This document shows, in pieces, positions 16,926-27,151 of a DNA stretch of 36,413 nt. The notes below the pieces were generated by a model, which was not told the origin of the DNA, made no database searches, and was given only the letters and a program-made list of their open reading frames with translations. The position numbers were made by a program, and so were the translations under genes. Within the stretch, counting starts at the first letter, position 1. The number at the start of each line of letters is the position of its first letter. The stretch covers positions 1-36,413 of IMG/VR virus record IMGVR_UViG_3300032373_001203, one strand, 5' to 3'. This stretch comes from a virus (Duplodnaviria > Caudoviricetes).

Positions 16926-18596
16926 ATGAACACCATGCGTACCCATCCACAGCGAACCAAAGTCGAGAACGTACTGGCGCGTCACGACAACGCGCAGGAC
17001 GCCAAAAGGCCCTTGGAGGCTGATTTTCGCGACATCGCAAAGTTTGTTTTGCCCCGCGCCATGACGTCGTTCGGCATGGGCCGCGAAGCGCGGCGCGGCG
17101 TGGTGAGCGACGTCGCCAAGGATGCGTGCGAAAACACCGCGTCGGGTATCGACGGATTGCTGTTTGGCGGCACCGACCATTACACGGTGAAAATGCGCGA
17201 TAAGCATCTCAATGAGCGCGACGATGTTTCCGCCTACACCGCACACATGGCCGAAACCCTCAACGCCGCCCTGCGTACGCCACGCTCGGGATTTGAAAGT
17301 GCGCGCCAAAAGGCCATGCAATCGGCGGTCGCGTTCGGTGCATTGTGTGTGTTTTCAGAAGACAACCCTTCTGGCATGCACCTGTCGTTTCGCGCCGTTC
17401 CCATCGCCAAGACGTACTTTTTAGAAAGCGATGGGCAAGGTCGACCCAGTGGTGTGCAGGTCCTCACCAGGATGGCGGCGCGTGAAGCGGTGGCGAAGTT
17501 CAAGTCGATTGCAAACAGTACCTTGCCGCAAAAGATTGTGGACGCGGCAAGCGATGAAAAACGCGCCGGAACCATGTTCGAATTTTTGCACGAAGTGCGC
17601 CCGCGCGATGTCTATGCGCAGGGCAAGCGCGACGCACTCAATCTGCCGTTTGCATCGACCTATGTCAGTTTGGACGGACAACCACAAGTCGTTTCCGAAG
17701 GCGGTTATCATGAACAGCCCTATCATACGGCGCGGTTGATGGGGTTGGAAGACAGCCCTTGGGGTTGGTCTTTCGGGTTGACGGCGCTTTCGACCATCAA
17801 GCGGCTGAATAATGTCGTGCGCACCGATTTGAAAGCGGGCCACCGCATTGTCGAGCCGTCTCATTACGTCGTCAGCGGTGCATTCAAGGGGCGTATTGAT
17901 CGCCGCCCGGACAAACTGACCTATACCAAGCCCGACAAAGCGGGCAACGCCCCCGAAATTCGCAAATGGCCGGGGCCCGACGGCTTGGCGTTCGGCATGC
18001 AAATTGAAGAAAAGCTCGAAGCCCAGGTGCACAAGGCGTTCTATTCGGATTTGCTGGACATTCCATTGTCGCCCAACATGACTGCGACCGAATACCTAGG
18101 GCGGGTTCAGCAGATGATGCGGCGCATGGGCTCGCCTGTCGGCAACATCGAAAATGAGTTCGCCTTGCCGGTGGGGCGGCGCAGCTTCAACATGCTGTGG
18201 CGTGCCCGTCAGTTCGATTTTGAAGCCATGCCGCAAGTCTTGCAGGGGCTCGGCCCTGGTGACTATATCGTCGAATTTATTTCACCGTTGGAGCGATCGC
18301 GTCAAGCGGGCATCGCCGAAAGCATCCTGCGCACCATCGAAGGCGCGGGGGTTATCGAGCAAATTGCGCCGGGTTCCCGCGACAATCTCGACGGCGACCG
18401 CGCCCTGCGCCTGATGGCGGAGGCCAACAAAGCGCCGGAGGGTCTCGTGCGCGACCAAAACGATGTGCAGACCATGCGCCAGCAGCGCCAAGCCGCCCAA
18501 GAACAGCAGCAACAAGCGGACATGGCGGAACGTGCCGTCGGCGGGGTCAAAACCTTGGCTGATGCCGCCGGTCGCCTTGAAGGTGCAAAACCATGA
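16926..18596 (+). CDS. Portal / head-to-tail connector protein
   Basis: 556 aa; MTATEY, VEFISPLERSR, EGGYHEQPY motifs of T7-like connectors. Confidence 0.92.
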   Translation: MNTMRTHPQRTKVENVLARHDNAQDAKRPLEADFRDIAKFVLPRAMTSFGMGREARRGVVSDVAKDACENTASGIDGLLFGGTDHYTVKMRDKHLNERDDVSAYTAHMAETLNAALRTPRSGFESARQKAMQSAVAFGALCVFSEDNPSGMHLSFRAVPIAKTYFLESDGQGRPSGVQVLTRMAAREAVAKFKSIANSTLPQKIVDAASDEKRAGTMFEFLHEVRPRDVYAQGKRDALNLPFASTYVSLDGQPQVVSEGGYHEQPYHTARLMGLEDSPWGWSFGLTALSTIKRLNNVVRTDLKAGHRIVEPSHYVVSGAFKGRIDRRPDKLTYTKPDKAGNAPEIRKWPGPDGLAFGMQIEEKLEAQVHKAFYSDLLDIPLSPNMTATEYLGRVQQMMRRMGSPVGNIENEFALPVGRRSFNMLWRARQFDFEAMPQVLQGLGPGDYIVEFISPLERSRQAGIAESILRTIEGAGVIEQIAPGSRDNLDGDRALRLMAEANKAPEGLVRDQNDVQTMRQQRQAAQEQQQQADMAERAVGGVKTLADAAGRLEGAKP

Positions 18597-18940
18597 GCGG
18601 TGATTTAGATGAGGGTGAATTCGAAGACGTTCTCGACGCCTTCGAAGGCGATGCGGGTGCGAAACCGACCTTGTTTGAGCGTGCGTTCGGTTACTTTCAC
18701 AGGCTGTTCAACCGCCGCCAGCGCGATTATCGCGCCACCTTCACAACGCCGCAAGGCAAGCGCGTACTGACGGATTTGGCGGGGTACTGCGGCGTTATGG
18801 CCCAGGCCCCGGCAGGCACCACAACCACGGACCTCGCCCGGATGCAATTTCAGCGCGACGTTTTTATTCACATTTCAAGCCAACTCAACATGTCGCAAGA
18901 CGAACTTGTCGAGTTGGCCAGAGCCTACGCAAAGGATTAA
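18593..18940 (+). CDS. Bbp19-like phage protein
   Basis: DYRATFTTPQGKRVLTDL motif; sits between portal and scaffold. Confidence 0.7.
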   Translation: MSGDLDEGEFEDVLDAFEGDAGAKPTLFERAFGYFHRLFNRRQRDYRATFTTPQGKRVLTDLAGYCGVMAQAPAGTTTTDLARMQFQRDVFIHISSQLNMSQDELVELARAYAKD

Positions 18941-18943
18941 ACG

Positions 18944-19870
18944 ATGAACGAGCAAACGACCGCCCAAATAGCCGACCAGACGACCGCCACGCCAGCCAAC
19001 GCAACGACAACCGAAACCACCCACGCGGCTGCGCCATTAGGTGGGGATGGCGCCAAGGGTGGCGGCGAACAGCCGGATATGGTTTTGGGTGGCGGTGCGG
19101 GCCCTTTGGAAGGTTTGTCCGAAGAATACCGAAACCACAAAGCGTTGCGCGGCTTTAAGAGCCACGACGAAATTGCGAAATCGCTCATCGAAACCCAAAA
19201 AATGGTAGGTGAAAATCGCCTTAAATTGCCCGGTGAAGACGCCACGGCGGAAGAACTGGACAGTTTTTACGCCGCATTGGGGCGTCCCGAAAACGCCGAC
19301 GATTATCAATTGGACGTGCCGGACAACTTGCCTGTCGGTGTGGAATTTTCAGACCAGGACTTACAAGCTTTTAAAGGCGTGTTTCACGAGCTTGGGCTGA
19401 GCCAGGACCAGGCTCAACTCGCGTTTGCGCGGCGCAACGAAATGGCGCTTGCGGGCCTTGAACAGCAAACCGCAGAGCGCGCCGAAACCTACCGTCAAGG
19501 CCAGGGTGAATTGGACGCCAAGTGGCGCGAAGAGGGACGCGACCCCAAAGCTGTGACCGAGCAAATCAATCGTATCATCGATGAATTCGGCGGGCCGCCC
19601 ATCAAGGATTGGCTGCGCACCACCGGAGAAGGCAACAACCCCGCCATGCGCGAGTTTCTAGGCGGCATCGCCGCCAGCATGGGCGAGCACGGTTATGTGT
19701 CCGGCAACGCCGCCGCCAGCGCCGCAACCCGCGAAGGCGCGCAAAAGGAAATTGACGCCTTGAGTTCCGACGCCGGGTTTCAGGCCGATTTCGGCGGTAA
19801 AAACGGTCCCGCGGCGCGCAAGGCCGCCTACGGCAGATGGCAAACTCTGAACGATATCGCCGCCGCTTAA
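18944..19870 (+). CDS. Capsid scaffolding protein
   Basis: Acidic; FYAALGRPENADDY and FHELGLSQDQA motifs; located before the capsid gene. Confidence 0.8.
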   Translation: MNEQTTAQIADQTTATPANATTTETTHAAAPLGGDGAKGGGEQPDMVLGGGAGPLEGLSEEYRNHKALRGFKSHDEIAKSLIETQKMVGENRLKLPGEDATAEELDSFYAALGRPENADDYQLDVPDNLPVGVEFSDQDLQAFKGVFHELGLSQDQAQLAFARRNEMALAGLEQQTAERAETYRQGQGELDAKWREEGRDPKAVTEQINRIIDEFGGPPIKDWLRTTGEGNNPAMREFLGGIAASMGEHGYVSGNAAASAATREGAQKEIDALSSDAGFQADFGGKNGPAARKAAYGRWQTLNDIAAA

Positions 19871-20057
19871 CGCTAAATTCACAGTTTTAGACCGGGTTGC
19901 CTGGGGCGAAGGCTTCGGGTCCGGCGGACACCTGGAAAGACAGGCGCAGGCGGACGCATCCGTCGAGAACGGGTCCGGACAATCCTTGCAAGAACTTGGA
20001 TGAGCCGGGCTGCCCCGACGCTCCTAACCCTTCCATCAACCCATAGGAGCATCTGAA

Positions 20058-20990
20058 ATGTCTATGGTCTATACCGATGGCGTGGAGCTGCATAAGCGCC
20101 GCGTCACTTATCACAACACCCTCAATCTTGCGATGCAGCAAGAAGACGCGCGCGTCTGGGATTTGTGCGAAGAGCACAATTTGGAAGCCGAGGGCATGTC
20201 CTTCGATTCCATTGCCGCAACCAAAATGACGAAAGTCACCTCCAAGCTGCAAAAGACGCCCCACGTCGATATGGGGCATGAACGGCGCTGGTTGCGTTCC
20301 GCCAACTATGTTTGGAGCCCGACCCCACTGGACTCGTTTGACAAAACCACGGTGCTGACCGATGTCAACTCGTCTTACATCCGCGCGGGCAAGGCGGCGG
20401 CCAATCGTACCAAGGACGAAGTGTGCCTCGACGCCATGCTGGCGAACGTTAAGGCCGGCATGGACAATCCCGGCGACAGCGCGGATATCGTGTTCCCCAC
20501 CACACAAGTCATTCATGTGAACGCCGGGTCCGCAGGGTGGGACAAAGCCAACCCCGATATCACGGGCACGGCCGTCGGCTTGAACGGTAAAAAGCTTAAG
20601 TTGGTGAAAGTTCGCTTCATGGCAAACGAAGCGCCGATGGATGAGCAAATCAACATCGCTATCAATAGCGTTGGGTTTGAGCACCTCATGGACGACCCGG
20701 AGATTTCCAACAAGGACTATTTTCTGGGCGAGTTCAACGACAAGGGCAAGGTCTCCGCGCTGGGTTACAACTTCGTTCACACCGAAGCCGTCCGCACCGA
20801 TGCAAACGGGTTTTTGCGCCTTCCCGCATGGCAAAAATCCGGTGTGCGCCGCGCCGTGACATCGGATTTGCAGACCCGCTTATCCGAACTCCCGGACCAA
20901 AACTACGCCATGCAGGTGTGGGCGGGAATGGGCGTCGGCGCGGGGCGCGGCGACGAAGGCCAAGTCGTCGAAATCAAGGCCAAGATTTAA
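20058..20990 (+). CDS. Major capsid protein
   Basis: Strong AGGAG RBS; 310 aa; AANRTKDE and GAGRGDEGQVVEI motifs; follows the scaffold gene. Confidence 0.85.
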   Translation: MSMVYTDGVELHKRRVTYHNTLNLAMQQEDARVWDLCEEHNLEAEGMSFDSIAATKMTKVTSKLQKTPHVDMGHERRWLRSANYVWSPTPLDSFDKTTVLTDVNSSYIRAGKAAANRTKDEVCLDAMLANVKAGMDNPGDSADIVFPTTQVIHVNAGSAGWDKANPDITGTAVGLNGKKLKLVKVRFMANEAPMDEQINIAINSVGFEHLMDDPEISNKDYFLGEFNDKGKVSALGYNFVHTEAVRTDANGFLRLPAWQKSGVRRAVTSDLQTRLSELPDQNYAMQVWAGMGVGAGRGDEGQVVEIKAKI

Positions 20991-21003
20991 GGAGTAAGCC
21001 CTC

Positions 21004-21453
21004 ATGGCTATTACAACCCAAGACAGCACTCAGCTCGCCCGCGAACTGGGTACGGTGAGCGGGCACAATATGCCCACCGATTACAGCGGCGGCGTACATA
21101 TCTTCGCCTTCGATTTCACCCAAACGGGTGTGGGCGATATCGCCAGCATCGGGCGGTTGGTCAAAACCCCGTTCGGCCGCATGCGCATCGTGGACATTGA
21201 ATTCGACCATTCCGCGTTGGGCGGCACCATCGATATCGGCCACGCGGCCTATTCAGATACCGGCGGAACCGCCGTCGCGGCGAGCGCAACGGCCTTCAAA
21301 GCGGCCAGCGCCACCACGATGGCGGGCACTAAGCGCGTGTTCGTGAACCAAGTGGTGAATTCGCGCGACGGCATCATCGTGCAGTTTACGTCCGCCGCCG
21401 CCATTCCGGACGGTGCAACCGTCAGCGGCGTTATCCGCGCGGTGCCCATCTAA
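21004..21453 (+). CDS. Probable capsid cement/decoration protein
   Basis: AAGGAG RBS; beta-rich 149 aa protein between the capsid gene and a terminator. Confidence 0.6.
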   Translation: MAITTQDSTQLARELGTVSGHNMPTDYSGGVHIFAFDFTQTGVGDIASIGRLVKTPFGRMRIVDIEFDHSALGGTIDIGHAAYSDTGGTAVAASATAFKAASATTMAGTKRVFVNQVVNSRDGIIVQFTSAAAIPDGATVSGVIRAVPI

Positions 21454-21497
21454 GCCGCGCTTTACGCATAACAAAACAAACCAATCTGTCTCCGACT

Positions 21498-21531
21498 GAA
21501 GGGCCTCGCATCCGTGGGGCCCTTTCTTTTT
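21498..21531 (+). terminator. Rho-independent terminator after the head genes
   Basis: GAAGGGCCTCGC-ATCC-GTGGGGCCCTTT followed by CTTTTT. Confidence 0.85.
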
Positions 21532-21553
21532 CAAAGCCCTTCAGGTCCTGACC

Positions 21554-22126
21554 ATGAACGATATCCACATCGCCAATCTTGCACTTATTCCGCTTGAAGA
21601 CGGGCCACTGTCGTCTTTGAACGAAGCGTCCGAGGCCGCGCGCCTGTGCAAGGCGGCGTTGGCGGGGGCTATCGAAACCGTGCTTGTCGAGCACGACTGG
21701 AATTGCGCAACGCGCTTGAGCACTTTGGGTGCTCCCCTCAGCCAGTCCCCCGCACACGGTTTCGCATACGCCTACCAATTGCCGCCTGATTGTTTGCGCG
21801 TGCAACGCTTAGGCGGCCCCGGCGACGACATCGTGTGGAAACGCTTTGGCCGTGAAGTTCACACCGACGTCACGCCGGGGCCGGACCTGAGTTACACGGC
21901 CCTCATCCGCACCGAAGACATGGACCCCGCGTGCGCAAACGCGGTGGCCTTTCGCTTGAGCGCGCTCATCGCCCGCAAACTCACCGGCTCGGCCACCCAG
22001 TCCAATCTCGCAAACGCCTTGGCCGAACAGGTTGGCGCCATCGGGGCCAGCCTCGATGCATCGGAAGGCGCCGCAGACGTGACCGACGCGCAAGGCGGAG
22101 ATGTTGGCTGGGCCGACGATGTGTAG
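21554..22126 (+). CDS. Tail tubular protein A / adaptor (T7 gp11-like)
   Basis: IANLAL..L, HDWNCATR and YAYQLPPDCLRV motifs. Confidence 0.85.
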   Translation: MNDIHIANLALIPLEDGPLSSLNEASEAARLCKAALAGAIETVLVEHDWNCATRLSTLGAPLSQSPAHGFAYAYQLPPDCLRVQRLGGPGDDIVWKRFGREVHTDVTPGPDLSYTALIRTEDMDPACANAVAFRLSALIARKLTGSATQSNLANALAEQVGAIGASLDASEGAADVTDAQGGDVGWADDV

Positions 22127-22143
22127 GGAAGGAATGTAGGGCG

Positions 22144-24120
22144 ATGCCGAAAGTTTCCCTTAAAAAAGCCAGCTTCAACGGCGGTGAAATCTCGCCGCGC
22201 CTGGAAGAACGCGACAATCTCGCCAAGCACGACAGCGGGTGTCGACAGCTTCTCAATTTCACCGTGCGCGCGGGCGGCAACGCGGCTTTTCGCCCCGGTC
22301 TGCGCCTTGCGGCTTCCGCCAAATTTGCCGACCGCAAGGCGCGCCTGTTGGGCTATTGGTTCAACGCCGGACAAGCCTACATGCTGGAGGCCGGGCACAA
22401 TTACATTCGCTTTTTCACAAACGGCGCACCCATCATGAGCGGCGGGGCGCCTTATGAAATCGCGACGTCCTACGATGAGGCGGACGTATTCGCCATTCAA
22501 TACGTGCGCAGTGCGGATGTCATGTATCTGGTTTGTCCAGGCCATCCCATCAAAACCCTGACCCGCAACGGACACACCGATTGGGTACTTGAAAACGCAC
22601 CGTTAACGGGTGGGCCGTACCAACGCGCCAACATCGCCACAGCGCGCACCCTGGCACCCTCTGCGTTAACAGGCACGGGCATCGCCATCGCCGCCGTTGG
22701 CTTCACCCCCTTCACATCCAAAGACGTCGGACGGATGGTGTCCATCACGCATGCGGCCACAACGGGCGAAGCCACCATCACCGCTGTGACGGACGCCATC
22801 ACCGTGACGGCGGATGTGAAAACCGACTTCAGCAGCACCGCCGCATCCAGCGCGTGGCGGTTGGGTCAATATCCGGCGACCATATGTTTTTGCCAGGACC
22901 GTTTGGCGGTCGGCGGTGGGGACGACCCCAACCGCATTTTCATGTCGAAAACGTCAAACCACACCGACTTCACCTTGGGCAACGTGGACGACGACGCCAT
23001 TGAAGTGCAAATTCTTGCCGACGACGTACACGATGTGCGCTGGTTGCAATCGTCGCGCACGGCTTTGATGTGCGGCACGGATGCGGGCGAATGGAAAATC
23101 TCGTCAGGCGTTTCCTCCGACACCACCATCACACCCAACGCCTTCAAGGTCGAACAGCACGATAACGTCGGTTCCGACACGCAAAGCGCAAAACGTGTTG
23201 GCGGCTCGTTCCTGTTTGTTGATCGCACGAAAAGAAAATTGCTCGGTTTGCGCTATGCCCTTGAAAGCGACGGGTACGTTACCGAGGAACATTCCTTGAT
23301 GGCCAACCACATAACGGCGAGCGGCATTGTGGATGCGGCGTGGCAACAGGCCCCTGATAGAATGCTTTGGTGCTGCCGTGGCGATGGGGCGCTTTTGGGT
23401 TTCACCTTTGCCCCAGAGCATAAAGTCGAAGGTTGGCACCGCCACGAAACAGCCGGGCAATTCGAAAGCGTCGAAACCATCCCCGGAGCCAATGCGGACG
23501 AAACGTGGTTTGTGACGTGCCGTACCGTCGGGGGGCAAGTGCGGCGCTTTGTGGAAATCATGGTGAGCCCCTTCGACCACGAAACCGCTTGGGAAGACGC
23601 TTTTTGTATCGATTGTGGAATTTCCTATGACGGCGCGCCCAAAACGCATTTTACCGGCCTTGACCATTTGGCCGGGGAAGAGGTTCACATATTCGCCGAC
23701 GGCAGCACCCTGCAACCCCAAACGGTGGGCGGAGACGGCTCCATCACGTTGCCCGCCCCCGCGTCCAAGGTCCACGCCGGGTTGGGCTATCGCGGCGTGT
23801 TGGAACCGACCATTCCCGATGCCGGGTCACGCGAAGGCTCAAGCGTGGGTAAACGCAAGCGCGTTATCAGCGTATCGCCTGACGTTCGCTACGGCATGGG
23901 CGCGCGCATCGGCCCGGATGAGGCCCGCGCCGACCCGTTCATATTTCCGTACATGCCCGCCACGCTGGACACTCGCCCCGCGCCGTTCACGGGTGAAAAG
24001 ACGCTCAGCATCGCGGGCGGCTGGACGACGGACCCGCGCGTCGTGCTCGTCAAGAAAAACGACCCGACACCGTTGGAACTTCGGGCATTGGGCATTCGCA
24101 TGAAGGTGAACGATGGTTAA
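22144..24120 (+). CDS. Tail tubular protein B / nozzle (T7 gp12-like)
   Basis: SFNGGEISPRL, FRPG, YPATICFCQDRL, GWHRHET, GLDHLAGEEV. Confidence 0.9.
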   Translation: MPKVSLKKASFNGGEISPRLEERDNLAKHDSGCRQLLNFTVRAGGNAAFRPGLRLAASAKFADRKARLLGYWFNAGQAYMLEAGHNYIRFFTNGAPIMSGGAPYEIATSYDEADVFAIQYVRSADVMYLVCPGHPIKTLTRNGHTDWVLENAPLTGGPYQRANIATARTLAPSALTGTGIAIAAVGFTPFTSKDVGRMVSITHAATTGEATITAVTDAITVTADVKTDFSSTAASSAWRLGQYPATICFCQDRLAVGGGDDPNRIFMSKTSNHTDFTLGNVDDDAIEVQILADDVHDVRWLQSSRTALMCGTDAGEWKISSGVSSDTTITPNAFKVEQHDNVGSDTQSAKRVGGSFLFVDRTKRKLLGLRYALESDGYVTEEHSLMANHITASGIVDAAWQQAPDRMLWCCRGDGALLGFTFAPEHKVEGWHRHETAGQFESVETIPGANADETWFVTCRTVGGQVRRFVEIMVSPFDHETAWEDAFCIDCGISYDGAPKTHFTGLDHLAGEEVHIFADGSTLQPQTVGGDGSITLPAPASKVHAGLGYRGVLEPTIPDAGSREGSSVGKRKRVISVSPDVRYGMGARIGPDEARADPFIFPYMPATLDTRPAPFTGEKTLSIAGGWTTDPRVVLVKKNDPTPLELRALGIRMKVNDG

Positions 24121-24613
24121 AACCTCAAACTTTGAAATCGTGCCGTTGGAACCGCATCATATTCTCACCATGAAGCCACGCGCCATGGAACGCGCGGTGT
24201 TCGACATCGCAGGGGACTTGGAAACGTTCGCCGCGCGTCTGGCAGCGCCCGGCATGGCCTACGCGGCGTTGGACGGTGCCGAAGTGGTGGGGTGTGCGGG
24301 CATTGCCCCGATGCACCCCGGCGTGGGCGAGGCGTGGTCGCTGTTGTCCGAACGCCTGCAACCGGACAAACCCGACCGCGCATGGGCAGTGGTGCGTCGC
24401 GCCATGCGCCGGGGGATCGATGCGGCGTTCGATATCGGATATCACCGCGTGCAGGCGACCATTTCGACGAATTTTAAACATGCGGACGCTTGGATGCGCG
24501 GGCTTGGCCTAACGCCCGACAGCACACCCGACAGTAATGGGCACCTGATGGCGCAATACGGCGCTGACCGCAGCGACCACTGGATGTATTCACGAACACG
24601 GGACAAGGATTGA
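24113..24613 (+). CDS. GNAT-fold virion assembly protein (T7 gp13-like)
   Basis: VVGCAGI...GVGEAW...RVQAT...WMRGLG; position after the nozzle gene. Confidence 0.7.
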   Translation: MVKTSNFEIVPLEPHHILTMKPRAMERAVFDIAGDLETFAARLAAPGMAYAALDGAEVVGCAGIAPMHPGVGEAWSLLSERLQPDKPDRAWAVVRRAMRRGIDAAFDIGYHRVQATISTNFKHADAWMRGLGLTPDSTPDSNGHLMAQYGADRSDHWMYSRTRDKD

Positions 24614-24617
24614 AGCG

Positions 24618-25097
24618 ATGGGTCTTGAAACGGCCTTATTGGCCGCCAGTGTTGGAATGTCCGCCGTCGGCAGTATCCAACAAGGCAACGCGCAAAAATC
24701 CGCGCACGATTACAACGCCGCGATGGCGAACCGTGCGGCGGCTGAAAAGCGCCAAGCCGCAGAATACAACGCAAACCGCCAAAAGGAATCCGACCAAAAA
24801 TTGATGGGCACCATGCGCGCGCGCATGGGGGCGAACGGCATGGACGCGGGGTCCGGTTCCGCCCTGACGCTGCTCACCACGACCGCCGCCGAAGCGGACC
24901 GCGATTATCGCCAAATTCTCAGGAACGGCGCGCTTGAGGCCGGTGCGCTGGAAGGCGAAGCGGGCTTGCAAGGGCTTTACGGTTCAAGCGCCAAGACGGC
25001 GGGGTATTTGAACGCGGCGGGCACCCTTATGGGCGGTCTTTACCAATACAATAAGCCGAAATCGACCACCCCAAAAACATCCAAATACACCGAATAG
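24618..25097 (+). CDS. Internal virion protein (gp14-like)
   Basis: Ala/Gly-rich with a hydrophobic N-terminus; RARMGANGMDAGSGSAL motif. Confidence 0.8.
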   Translation: MGLETALLAASVGMSAVGSIQQGNAQKSAHDYNAAMANRAAAEKRQAAEYNANRQKESDQKLMGTMRARMGANGMDAGSGSALTLLTTTAAEADRDYRQILRNGALEAGALEGEAGLQGLYGSSAKTAGYLNAAGTLMGGLYQYNKPKSTTPKTSKYTE

Positions 25098-25129
25098 AGT
25101 TACCCCTCACTCATCTAAAGTAGATAAAA

Positions 25130-27151
25130 ATGGCTATCATCCCCAAACGCTCCGGATACGTCCAACCGCAGGTCGCCCCCCCGCCCCAGGCGAACCCCTC
25201 CGCCATCAGTCAGCTTAGCCACGCCTCGCAAAACTTCGCTGCGAGCATGGGAAACATCGCCGCGTTGGCCAGCGACGCCCGCGACAAAGACTATGTCGAC
25301 AGCACGGTGGCTGAGCTGCAAAACAGGTTCGGCGAGCGCTTCATCAAGGCCAAAACAGAAGCTGGCACCTACCCCGATAAGTTTGCCGACAACCTAAAGT
25401 CGGAGTTTGACAAAAGCATCGAGGACGCGCTCAAAAACGCCCCCAACGACCACACCGCCGATGTCGTGCGCAAACACATGAAAAATGTGGTCGGCGGATA
25501 CAAAAATAAGGCGCTGATTTTCGAGGCCAACGCCATCGGTTCATTTCACAACGCCCGGCTTGGCGAGACGTTGGACGCGCACCTTAAAACCGTTTTTCGC
25601 ACGCCCGAAGACGCCCCGGACGCTTACGCCTTGGGCCTTGTCGCCATCGACAACAAAGCCGATGTTTTGTCGCCCCATGCGTTGCAAGCGCAGCGCGATG
25701 CGTGGAAAGGCAAGGTTTACGGCACCGCCTTTGAAGGCTTTCTCGACACGGACCCACGTGCGGCGTTGAAGGAGGTCGAAAGCGGTGCATGGGACGATGT
25801 GTTGTCGTCCGGTCAAATTCAAAAGGCCACCGCCAAGGCGCGTCAAAAGGTCAAGATGCTGGACGCCGAGGCCGCGGCCGCGGACAAATCGCGCTTGGCG
25901 GAACTGCGCACCACCGTGACGTTGAGTTTGGCGGATGAAAAAGCCGCGCGCGCGGCGGGTAAGGATGCCGGTGCGGGCGGCGTCACTGACGAGATGGTCA
26001 AAACCGCCTATGGCGATCAGCCCGACCGCGCACAGCAAATCTTGGGCGAGCTGGAGGTGCTGGAACGCGTCGCGGGCGCGCGCACGGGCCTCATCGCCGC
26101 GCAAACCGTTGAGGATGAAAAAGCCATCATCGCAAACTTCGCGCCCGCCGCGGGCGAAGCTTACGTTTACGCGGAAAATGCTCAGGCGCAGGATGCGTTG
26201 CGCGCCATCCAGCGCCAAAAACGCCAGGCGCTGCAAAACGACCCGATAGGCTATTCGGCCCAGACCGGGCTGGTTGCGTTGAGCCCGTTCGACCCCACCG
26301 ACGCAAACGCCGTGAAAGCTCGCGTTCAGGCCGCCAAGAAGGTTCAGGGCTATTACCGCCTGCCCAACATGGCGTTGTTGACGGGAACGGAGCCGGATTG
26401 GCTGGCGAACACCTTCAAATCGGCGGACAACGCTCAGCGCGTCAAGATGTTGGAAACGCTCAGCACCACGCTGGACCGGGGCGCTTATCAGGCGTTGGCG
26501 GCGCAGATGTTCGGTAAAGACCAGCCGTTTATGGGCGCGGTCGCGGGCATTGCGGGCGGCGGGCAGATGGAACTGGCGCGCCGCGTGCTTGAGGGGGCGG
26601 ACATCCGCCGTGCCGAAAAAACCATTTTGCCCAAATCGGTCGATACCTTGCCCCACATCAACACCCGCGTGGGCGACGCCTTTCGGTTTTTGCCCGCGCT
26701 CAAGCCCGCCTACACGGACGCGGCGCTGGCGCTTTACGCCTATGACGCCAACGATGGCGGCGACCGCTCCGCCATCGTGAACACGGACCGATTGAACCGT
26801 GCGCTGGACCGCGTCACCGGCGGCATTGTGACGTGGAACGGCGTCAAAACCCTGGCCCCGATGCGCGGCATGGACGACGACGCGATGGAAAACGCAATGA
26901 ACAGCCTGACGGACGCCGAGTTGCAGGTGTACGGCAACGGCCAGCCCATGACCCTGTCGGGTCACGCGGTGACGGCCCAACACATTCGCGATTACGCCAC
27001 AATGGCGGTGGTCGGCCCGAACCGCTACGCCGTGTTGCTGCGCGGTTCGCCGTTGATGGTCGCCGGGGATGGCGGCGTCGCACGCTACACCATCGATTTA
27101 AACGGGGCCTTTAAGGCGGCTCAATTCGGGGAGGGGCAAAACAAGCCATGA
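25130..27151 (+). CDS. Internal virion / ejection protein (gp15-like)
   Basis: 673 aa, helical and Ala-rich; operon position. Confidence 0.7.
   Translation: MAIIPKRSGYVQPQVAPPPQANPSAISQLSHASQNFAASMGNIAALASDARDKDYVDSTVAELQNRFGERFIKAKTEAGTYPDKFADNLKSEFDKSIEDALKNAPNDHTADVVRKHMKNVVGGYKNKALIFEANAIGSFHNARLGETLDAHLKTVFRTPEDAPDAYALGLVAIDNKADVLSPHALQAQRDAWKGKVYGTAFEGFLDTDPRAALKEVESGAWDDVLSSGQIQKATAKARQKVKMLDAEAAAADKSRLAELRTTVTLSLADEKAARAAGKDAGAGGVTDEMVKTAYGDQPDRAQQILGELEVLERVAGARTGLIAAQTVEDEKAIIANFAPAAGEAYVYAENAQAQDALRAIQRQKRQALQNDPIGYSAQTGLVALSPFDPTDANAVKARVQAAKKVQGYYRLPNMALLTGTEPDWLANTFKSADNAQRVKMLETLSTTLDRGAYQALAAQMFGKDQPFMGAVAGIAGGGQMELARRVLEGADIRRAEKTILPKSVDTLPHINTRVGDAFRFLPALKPAYTDAALALYAYDANDGGDRSAIVNTDRLNRALDRVTGGIVTWNGVKTLAPMRGMDDDAMENAMNSLTDAELQVYGNGQPMTLSGHAVTAQHIRDYATMAVVGPNRYAVLLRGSPLMVAGDGGVARYTIDLNGAFKAAQFGEGQNKP

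Noticed and set aside
19867-19882. CtrA-box-like TTAA-N7-TTCAC upstream of the capsid gene
   Set aside because: One mismatch, includes the scaffold stop codon and is a single instance; too weak without conservation data.
25541-26983. 480-aa antisense ORF (also 499-1359, 16114-17040, 19887-20834, 29268-30035)
   Set aside because: These are shadows of real genes in GC-rich DNA, with no motifs and atypical composition.
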